DNA from: Balanoglossus misakiensis
Lineage: Eukaryota > Animalia > Hemichordata
Assembly (NCBI GenBank): GCA_040954595.2
Contig: CM082596.2
Coordinates: 5,158,791-5,222,790 of the forward strand
Length of the DNA: 64,000 nt
Direction: 5' to 3'
In this document: positions 49,801 through 59,800 of the stretch, piece after piece
Position numbering within the stretch: position 1 is the first letter of the stretch
Layout: each line of letters starts with the position of its first letter
The notes under the pieces: generated by a model
What the model was told of the DNA's origin: nothing
Database searches by the model: none
What the model saw: the letters and a program-made list of their open reading frames with translations, nothing else
Made by a program: the position numbers and the translations under genes

Positions 49801-52359
49801 ACAGAGCAGCTGAGTCAGCTTGTATGGTTTTCAGACTAACCGGAACTTGCACGGAGTTGTGTGTTTACGGCGTCCTGCTGGACCCTTGTAAAACTTAACA
49901 GCTCCCCCAAATATTCCTGGGAGAGCACACCTCGGCAGTTTTAATCCGGACTAAGAGGGCATTTGTGGGGGGCGTTAAACCTTTACAAACAAGTCGCGCT
50001 GTGCGAGGGTTTTATCAGAAATAATGACGCTGGGAGGCGATCAATGTCAAAACTGATAGCTCGTCCCAGACACCATTGTCAGTGAGGTTTTGTTTTTTTC
50101 TCGACAGTAAAAATAGAGGGGGGAACAGAATAAAAAACAGCGCAAAGTCTGTACTCCTCGTAAAAATACATTGTATTTTCCAGCAACCGGTCGTTGACCT
50201 TATTAAAAATATTCTCCAGACTTGCAGGGAGCACAGATAACCCTGCTTCCAAGCCGATAGCCCACCCTTGGCTGGTTTATTTCCCCCCAACTCTGAACTG
50301 ACTCTGAGCGACCCGCATGTTATCCATTATGTTCAATTTATTTCTTGAAATCACCAAGTCATAACTGGGCCTTACTCACATGCTATATAATTTTAAGACA
50401 GTCGATAAGACTATAACTAATTTAATGAGAATTAACAGGTGTAGTGACTAAGTTCACACCAGTCAGGGCTGTGCCATAAATTGCAATAGGGGGTGAGAGA
50501 CTTTTTTGTCAAAGGACACTCCAGTCAGGGCTGTTCCATGAATTTCATGGGGAGGGGTGAGATAAGTTTTTAAAATGGCCACATCATGATCGTAAGTACT
50601 GCATCTGTACAATTCTCTTGTTTTCAAACAATTTGCCTTCTACTTGAGGATACATCATTTTCAACGCAACACTCTCTTCCAGATAAAAATGTTTACTTTG
50701 GTGAGCCGGTGACCCCACGGGTGCGGTGGTCCCTAACCACAAGAGGGCAGAATTTAGTGAAGTACGCCAAGACGGAGAACAGCAGTAGTGTGGTGCCTAT
50801 CTACTGCTCTGTGCTCGGTGCAATCATCGTCGGTTTGGTACTCTATGTCGGTTGCAAGAGGTATAGAGTGTGGAAGAACAAACCGAAACATCACAAAGTC
50901 AGGTGGGTGCACCTATCCTATTTTGTTCATTGAAGCCCCAATATAGCTGCCACTTTGAAAACATTTCATTTCACTAGAAAATTGTCCTAAGATCACTGAA
51001 AATGTTAAAATTTTACAACAAAAACATAGACCCTTCTTAGAGTCAAAAAAGCAATATTCAGCTCTTGCAATCTTGAAACAACAACATAGATCTGATGTGA
51101 TTTTTTATGATATTGCTCTATAATATTGTACAACCATGATAAGGTCAGACATACATTCAGCTCGTGTATGATACTAGTTAGTAGATCGCGCTGGATTACT
51201 GGGTCATTTTACAGAAGGATGCTTACAACTTGGGGACATGGGTTAAAATTGCAAGAGGGGACACAGAGGCCTCCTGACGAATGTACTTACATCAGAAAAG
51301 AACATTAAAGAGAACATTGCTACCACCCTGCCCTATTTAATGCTGACCCCGGTTTCTATCATATTTCATGCCAAGTGGTACAGTTACATCATTGCCGTGT
51401 TGATGCGCTCATTTCTCTAATAATGTACAGCATGTTTATTTCATTCCAAAGTAATTGTTTGCTTAAGTTCTCCAACTAAAAGTTTTATATGTCTGCAGCA
51501 CGCGAGACACAAATTCATGTTATTTTGGATGCATTGCGCTCCATATTAAGAAAAAGAAATTAAAGGGCAAGGATCGTATCTACGCATCTGCCAAACCAGA
51601 GACTCTGGTTAAAAAATTGTATACGGTCAATGCCATAAGGCAGTGTGCTGTCCTAACAACAGACAAGACAGCAGTAGCCATAGTCTGGTGTCAGAGATCG
51701 TAATATCCGTGGTTGACTGTTTCTTTTTGTTGTTGCCCTACAGGAGTAGTCCGACAAAATCCGCTCCGATTCCGGTGCCCGATGTGGAGACCGGACGTCA
51801 ACACGGAAGCGACAGTGGTATCTTTACCAATGTTGACAGTCTGAGCATGTCAAACGGTGGCCCCAGGATACCACTGCTTACACGTACGTATACGACAGCT
51901 ATTCTACGTGTATAGAACAAATGGTGTAAAACTCCTCATAGCTAATTCAGACCTTAGCAATTGGTAATGCTAATAAAATTCAAGTAGTGTCAGAAACTGG
52001 ACAAGACTTGTAACAATTTTTTTCTTCGTATTTTCTCGCTCACAGTACCAAGTACCACCTGTTACAAGGACCTGGCGGACGACAAGAAACGGCAGGTGGA
52101 GAAACAACTCAGCGCCGCCCGGCTGAACGGTGGCGACTGGAGAACCCTGGCCAGGGAGCTGGGGTTCGCCGACGACGTCATCCTGGAGTTCAGCTACTCC
52201 AGCCACCCGGGCCGCAAGATGCTCTCGCACTGGGCCAAGGGGGACGGTGCAACGCTGGGAGCGCTTGTGACAGCCCTTCAAAAAATACACAGAGACGATA
52301 TCGCCACCTCCATTCCTATTTATGTGAACTTGGCCAATGTGAAATCTCTACCCTCATGA
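37818..52359 (+). CDS. NGFR: p75 neurotrophin receptor (TNFRSF16/NGFR)-like death-domain receptor, complete
   Basis: Exons: 37818-37859 (MTPFSVFSLLCLCT; with VIATCCG forms a signal peptide), 48508-49006 (four TNFR cysteine-rich domains), 50683-50902 or 50860 (TM VVPIYCSVLGAIIVGLVLYVGCKR, cf. vertebrate LIPVYCSILAAVVVGLVAYIAFKR), 51744-51883 (HGSDSGI, cf. LHSDSGIS) and 52046-52359 (death domain, DWRTLARELGF...LVTALQKIHRDDIA). Phases 0,1,2,1 are consistent. Confidence 0.93.
41170..41263 (+). mobile_element. Family C piggyBac-like MITE, intact, TTAA TSD
   Basis: TTAA|CCCTTTCACC...GGTGAAAGGG|TTAA. Confidence 0.85.
44595..44680 (-). mobile_element. Family C MITE, reverse orientation
   Basis: ttaacccttccacccc...tttggaccaaaccatgg, the reverse complement of the family consensus. 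Confidence 0.7.
45254..45475. mobile_element. ~220-bp piggyBac-like MITE (CCCTTT...AAAGGG-TTAA)
   Basis: Starts ttgaccctttcaac and ends ttcaaagggttaa. The internal sequence is unrelated to family C. Confidence 0.55.
47069..47270 (+). repeat. Diverged tandem duplication, ~100 bp x2
   Basis: atgctg(g/a)atga(t/a)ccact(a/g)ggtcatat...ggatttgtgac(g/a)ttg...aatgg(a/t)gact(c/t)ccttac occurs twice. Confidence 0.8.
49010..49245 (+). mobile_element. Tc1/pogo-like MITE fragments directly after the p75NTR exon-2 donor
   Basis: tacagtgaaacctg at ~49074 and repeated gcagaggtgtcc(g/a)gtttata. The 3' part, cagattagacaggg, also occurs at ~19395. Confidence 0.55.
49273..49361 (+). mobile_element. Family C MITE
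   Basis: ttaacccttgcacc...ggtgaaaaggttaa. Confidence 0.75.
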
Positions 52360-53247
52360 TGCCGTGGACAGTCATATATTTTTTAAAAGTACATGAACTC
52401 CATCCACCTTTTTTTTTTAAAAAAGATATTGTTTAATATTTGACTTAATGTCGTTGAAGTATAGTAATGGTATATGTATTTGTATTTAAAACGAAAGTAA
52501 GAAAAAATTTAGTGATTATTCAGGTAGTGATATTACATGGCACACCCGTCTTCATACATTTAGGTGACCTGCTAAGAATGTTGTTGTATATCCCTACGAT
52601 CACCTATGAGTTCATTGGAGTAAAATTACTTATCTGTGGCTAATGGCAGTAGTTTAAGAGTTTTGAAAGTCTGGTGTGCCATGTAAGACCACCATCTCAG
52701 CATTTCATGCCTAATTTTTGCCAATCTGTTTATTTTAGTGACTTTAGACCAATCAACAGAATCATTAGCTGTAATAATGTGTACAAGAAGAGAAGCTTCA
52801 AGTTACAAATCACTTTATAACACAGAATCCATTGCCAATTTTCAAGGGATTACATGTATTGAGACGTGGCTGAAATTATTGACAAGTGTATGGTTTTGCA
52901 TGCTGTTTGTGACGTGGTAGTGGCTGTATAATTATAAGTTATTACAGAATCACGATGTTCTTAATTAGGAGAATCCCAGAAAAAAAAGAGGCTGCAATTC
53001 TCGTGCACAAAAGCAGATGCATTAATCATTCTTAAGTGACTGTATTTTACCAATGTTGACTACAACTGAAATGGAGCAACGATGTAACTATCACAGTCAC
53101 ATGTGAGTCTTGACTAATCACAATGCTGTTCTAAAAAATGCCTTCTCCAGATACATCTCTGAGAAGTATATGGACGAAATGTAGTCTGAGCAAATTTCAT
53201 GATGCAAGAAAGCTGGTCACAAACACGGTGATCCAACTGCAACTCCT

Positions 53248-53336
53248 TTAACCCTTTCATTACCATGGTTCAGTCCAAACCCATTGTTTTCTAGGGTAGG
53301 TGGGACCTCTAAAGAGGGAACTAGGGGTGGAAGGGT
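53248..53336 (+). mobile_element. Family C MITE in the p75NTR 3' region
   Basis: ttaaccctttcattaccatggttcagtccaaa...ggggtggaaggg. Confidence 0.75.
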
Positions 53337-55065
53337 GGAGTTTTTGGGAACAGCAAAGAGTTCCTCTGCACACATGATGCACAGACAGGAAATATCGGTA
53401 AAGAGAATAGAAGTATTTTATACACCTGTGTATTGTATTTTCCAGTAATTTATGAGGCTGTATGTTTTATTGAAATGTTTACCTCCATGGGTGTCAGACA
53501 GGGTTGTATAATGAACAGACTGCTGTTACAACACAAACTATGTGTAAGCACATCACAGTCAGAAGACACAGATCGATGGATCGACTGTCTTGAAGACATG
53601 ATCGAGTCATGTGAAGGAAAATCAGTTAGGACATCTTCTGCCTGTTGCCGTGGACACAGGAAGAGATAATGATGGAGCGGTGGTTGCCAGGACTACTAAG
53701 AAGTGAAGTCTCTGTCTGGCTATCTGTGGTGGGAGTTCTGACGTCTGACTGTGTCGTTTTGAATTAAAATCATTTTGAATTAAAATCTTGAATAAAAATC
53801 TTGCTAAGCAGGATCTAGGAACTAGACAGCGAAGTTACACCAGGAATCGCCCTGTGAAGCGATGTCTACATCAGTGGATGTATTAGACCATCAATCACAG
53901 TGCGTGGAACTGGCTTTTTTTAAACATTACTTTTTTTGCTGATTTTCTTCTTCATCAGACAGTCAGTCAGTCAGTCGGCAAACACTTGACTTATGCAAGA
54001 CCGGCTTGTTTGAGAAAGCCGTGTATGTACATGTTCACATCATGTACGATTGTTGAAAACTTAGTAAATATACAGGGTAATTGCCATTAAATGTGGCAGA
54101 TATCAAGTCATTATTTAGCCTTCTCAAGGACAAGAGTCAAGTCTGACCACTGAGCAAACAGTGTCTCAGACACCCAAATTAGGTTACCATGGAAACTATC
54201 TACTTTATTCAAGTACTCTTAGTTGTCAAATGAAAAAAAGTATGTGACTTTAATTTGGTGTTGATCAGAGTTCGTGGAAATAAAAACAGTTAGATTGCAT
54301 CGTGGCCTTCAGACATTTTGTGTAAACTGTGATTGTCTTGTAGAGAAATTGGAAATAAAAAAACAAAGGGGAAGGTTTGTGAATTAAACTCACCCCCCTA
54401 AAAAACTACATTTGTGGGGCATATCCTTGCATTAATAAACTGTTTTACAAGTTTTTTCCCTGGTACGAACCTGAGTTTATTGCAATGGTAAAGGAAGTCA
54501 GGTGGGATGGTGGTTTGGTAAAGGGAGCCAGCAGACTCTCTCTGCTAGAATCAAGCATTACGTCATGCAATGTGCAAATGAGCATATTCATAATTGCAAG
54601 GGCATAGTGAATACATGTAATAAGTTTTTTTGTTTTTTTTTCACATCCCCGAAAAATATATTTACATTATTTCTTGAAGTTGTTTTGTTTCTTCTACATT
54701 TTGTAGTTATATTAGGACCTGTGGTATCGCCAGATGTGGTAGTGTTAAAACAGTTAAACTGACGTTAGAAAACTTTTTATGCATGGCAGGGCCCCGTTAG
54801 GAAAGATGATTCAGTCGAGATTTTTTTTTCTGAAGCCATGGTTGTTGTATATACCATTAGCCATTGTACATAGCAGTCATGTCTGTCTCAGTTGGTTACT
54901 TGAGTCACAACATAATATCACATTTTTCCATTTCTTAGAGAACAGAATAAAGAGCAGATTTGTTACAGAAACACTAGAGTGTTGTTTATTTCTTGTAAAA
55001 GGTGTATCACATTCCCTCTATTACAGGAACTGTGAGTATACATGTACATTGTACCAGCATATTGT

Positions 55066-55151
55066 ATGGTCGTTCTAAAAGACTGGCATTCACTGCCTGA
55101 GGGCGCTATGGTCGTTCTATAAGACTGGCATTCATTGGCTGAGGGGGCTAT
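55066..55151 (+). repeat. 42-bp tandem duplication between the convergent p75NTR and TOP2 3' ends
   Basis: atggtcgttcta(a/t)aagactggcattca(c/t)tg(c/g)ctgaggg(c/g)gct at 55066 and 55108. Confidence 0.85.
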
Positions 55152-56810
55152 ACAGTTTGATCACCTCTGTTGCTTACTTGTCAACAATGAAAATCATAGA
55201 ATTTAGTGGATTTCACCAATCAGAAAGCTCAATATGTTGGCCAATGATTAGAATGATGCAACTTCACCCCCTTTTGTGAACTCAGTTGCAGAATAGGTCT
55301 GGGAGCAAGACTATGTTACATGGGTGCCTATTGGTGGACACTAATTACTGAAAAAAATCCAGGGTTCATTTTTAATGAATAAGCATGCTGACAACACAGA
55401 ATTCAGTGGGCAGTAATTTCTAAAAATCTATTATTTTTTTCTTATGAACAAGCAAGCATGCCAACAACACATAGAATTCTAAAAATGTTTTATTTGTACT
55501 CAACAAACACAGTTAAAACAGAAGGAAACAACCACAGGACATGTCATTACAAGAGATAACAGCAACATCTTCCTCTCTCCTGTGTACACGAGTCGCTACG
55601 GTGACAGTACTTTTAATGTAAGAATTCATCCACAATGATGTACAATTATACATGAAATATGAAAGATCAATACACTATGTTCCTTGTTTTTGTGAGCCAG
55701 AAATCAAAGTGACTTCTGCTTGTGGAAAGGAGGCGAAGGTTAGAGTGTGAAAAGAGTCACTGAGTTAATCACATCAAGAAATTTGTAAAAAAAAATAACT
55801 GTACAAGACTACTTTTTTTGTCACACAATTCATTATACGTCACACAACTACCATCTACAACATGTATATTCCTTTGTTTGGTTGAATGTGTTTTCTTTGC
55901 TTCTGCCCTGACCTTATGTTATATTGCATTTGTGACTTTGTGTATGCAAGAATGGTAAGATTACATAAAGACAGGCAAGAATACTTCATATAGACAAAAA
56001 GGTGTGATTCTCGAAGACAGAGAGAGAGACAACAGAATGAAGGAGACAACAGACAGAGATGAGGGGTGACAAAAAGAGACAGCATAAAAGCAGTCACCTG
56101 GCCATAATAATGGAAAATGTCAAATTTCCAAACTGAGAAGAAAAAAAACGCAATCTGTATAGTGAAATTCATCACACCCCCTCCCCTCCAATAAAATATC
56201 TTGATATTGTCATATTTAAATGCCTTGCGCATCAAACAAAATCGAATATACTTTAAGACTAATGACAAAAAGGCAAATACAATTTCCTTATAATGTAAAA
56301 CTGACGATTCTTTAAAAATTCTTTGTCCTCGAGCATGACGGAACATGCATTGATACTGGACAAAGCGACTTTCCATGATCCACCCTTCAGGATACTTGGA
56401 CTTCACCATTTCCACAGGACATTTTGGGTACAGTTGGGACTGGCTGACTTGAAAACAGGAGTGTATGCCGTATGGCACACTTTAGGCCCCTTCTAAACAC
56501 CAATAGTTCAACAGTAAATACAAGTCCTCACAGAAAATTCATATCTCTCTTCACTGAAATTTCCACCCAGTTTGCAACAATAGCTTGTATGTAGGAGTGA
56601 AATGACATTATACAACGCCTTGAAGTTAAGTTTGAACAGTGAAGTCTCCTCTAGCGGATTTTTGTGATGTGACTGTAGTGTAATTGCAAAACTACAAATA
56701 TCATTGGTGTATCCATTCATCAAGATGTTGACCATGAATTGACATCACAATCTATAAAAGCCACACCAAGTATCCCTTGATCTCGGTGGATGGAAATCAA
56801 GCGTTTGTAT

Positions 56811-59800
56811 TTAATAGTCGCTATCTGAGGTCTCTCCAAAGTTGTACTTGATGGGTGCCTTCGTTCGGCCTGTGCGTGACCTGGGCTCTACATCAAAACT
56901 ATCATCCAATTTGAAGCTGCCGTCGGACAAGTCATCGACGTCCGAGTCACTCCATTTTTTCTTGGGTTTAGGTTTGGACTTCGGTTTGGCCTGTGCAGGT
57001 TTAGCTTTGGGTTTAGCCTGAGAATGTGAGTGGAAAGAAATAAATTCATAATGTTAGAATCGGGTTTAAGAGAACAGCAGCAGAACAAGAGAAAAGACCC
57101 AACAAAGGTTTATATTCCTATCTTTACAGCAGATGTTGATCAGTTTTTGAGAGCTAAGTTCTCACCAGAGCAATTAAAGGTATACGGTCACCTACGGAAA
57201 ATTAGCCATAGTCACCATGGCAAATTGAGATCTAGCCAATCACAGATTTTCAGTGGGTGGCACACGCGAAAAAGAGAGCGCCACCATATGTTCTTTAGAA
57301 TGCTCAAATACGCCATTTCAGCCATATATGGGCGTATGTAAATTGGAGGTGACTGTGTACCTTTAACCGCTTCCCCACCATGGTCCAGTCCAAACCTATT
57401 GTTTGCTATGGCAAGGTTGGATCTCTACAGACTGACGGAACTGGGGGTGAAAGGGTTAAAGCATGGTGGTCATTGCTGTTTAAAGGGACAAAGTCTCTCT
57501 CTCGCTGGCCTTTTTTCCATTAATTATATTTGATACAAGACACCGTTTGTTATTCTACATGTGGATATATAGTGAATCAACGTTCAACCACACACAACTT
57601 CCATCCCTCTTATAGACAGGAGAGTGAAAAAACTCGGCAAAATGAATAATTGTTCTTTACCATTTATTCATTTTGGCCAGATGTTTACGCTCATTTCCTA
57701 CAAACAGGATGGAAGTTGTGTGTGGTCAAACGTTGATTCACTATATATCCACATTTACATTAACATAACCAGTGTCTTGTATCAAACATAGTTAATGGAA
57801 AAAGGGCAGCGAGAGAGAGACTTTGCCCCTTTAATTTTGGCAAGACAATAGAAATCATTTACATAACTATTTCTCTTATTATTATTCAAATTGGTAATTA
57901 AACTATCAGGGGAAAAAACTTGAGAACAACCACCTACCTTGGTTGTTTTCTTGGCCTTTGGCTTTGGTACGAACTCATCGTCATCTGAAGCAGACAAGGG
58001 CATGGTTTCCACGGGCATCATCTCTGAATCAGAGTCTGAAAACCTCGGTGGGGCCGATACCTTGGGCTTGCTGATCAACTTGGCCATCATTGGCTCGTCT
58101 GAGTCCGAATCAGAATCCAAAAACGTTTTCTTGGCTGGTGGTGCTGTAATAATAGAGAACAGACAAAACAAAAGGAATTAACGAAGGTTCTCAAAGCCAT
58201 GGGTGCGATATCCGTGCACAGTGGCATTTTCAATATTATTTTATAAAAATAAAACAGCCTAGCTCTGTCAAACCACATGAGGAAGTTGTGCCCATGTACA
58301 GTGTTCAAGGCTGATAGATATGACTATGAGAATAAATATTTTTTTACCCAAAAATAAAACGAGAATAAATAATTTTTATTAAACAAATAAAAAGTTTGAA
58401 AATGACATTTCACAAGTTATAAAAAAAATAAATGAATAAAAATTAAATATGAAATATCAAACATTTCCCAAGTGATGAATAATATAAAAAGGTAAGTGAA
58501 ACATGAGTAAATAAAATGGGAGAAAGAACAAAAATGGCGATGTGAAGGACATTGTTCCTCTGATCAGAATTGTAACTCCCTGGCCAGCGCATATTACCTT
58601 GCATAATGTATTTAAATGAACACCTCCCTCAGCAGCACCTATAAGCTGTCCCTGCCTAGAGTCTGAGTTTTAACAAACTGTTTCCTATTCGCAGTGCGAA
58701 TATTCTGAACTGTATCAATTTCTTGATTACTGATTGCATGCATGTTGCAATATATACTAGTCTGCTGATAGCGAATGCGGAAGCGTTTACAGACATGCAG
58801 GCAGGCCACTCTGGGACTCGGTGTATTTTGTATACACCAACCCTTTGTATCATAGCTGCTCTCCATAATCTATAAAAGAAAAAAACAATTGTGTGAGTAC
58901 GTTCATACCACAAAGAACACAAGTATAAAACAAAAATCTGTTCAATGAATGTATACCGCTTATTGATTGGCCGAGACTGTACCACGTGACATAGGAAAGA
59001 ACACGATATTACATGGTTGACAGAGTCGATGGCCCGTAGGTAGGTGATACGGCCCACTGGGGACAGATTTTAGGTTCTGCACATTGTATGTGTAATACTC
59101 TGCTAAGTACACTTCATTTCAAACTTAATCGTTTATGTATATCTTCATCCACAGCCAAACTTAACAAATCACACATGTCTCACATTATGAAATTGATAAA
59201 GTTAAACATACCTTTTACAGTACCGGGGGTATACTGCATGGCAGTGATGCTCTGATTTCGCGATAAGTCTGGTTACCAGAAACAGTCACTCGGTGTCTGT
59301 GCCCAAAAAAACGCGCTGTTCCATTCTGCCTTCCAGGAAAACTTCCAACACTTGTTCACCTCACTGAATCCACTAACATCAATAGTAAGAATGCTCTAAA
59401 GTCCTAAACTACGCCGCGCCCTGGCAAGAACTACATATCGATTGCAGTTTCACACCAATGGCTGGTTAAATCTGCTGTCAGACATAGCTGCAGCAGAGAG
59501 TAAGGGGGGAGTATGTATTGCAGCTAAAAACTATGGCGGACAAGGGAATAAGGGATTACAAGAACTCAATGAACTGCCCACCTTTCTTCTTCTGCTGTTG
59601 CTTTGGCCGATCCGAGTCAGAGTCGTCCATCTTGCGTTTGCTTGGCTTGACTTTGGACATTGCGGCCATTATGCTTGGTTGGTTCGCTTGACCGCCTGCA
59701 GTATAAAAATAAACATGGGGTGAATATGAATGTGTGAGACAGATATTGCTGAGAATGGGCTGCTTCAACAGGTCTATTATTAGCAAGAAGTGTAACCCAC

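Noticed and set aside
55855-56478. 207-aa minus-strand ORF
   Set aside because: Lies in the TOP2 3'UTR; low-information hydrophobic translation with no homology recognised.
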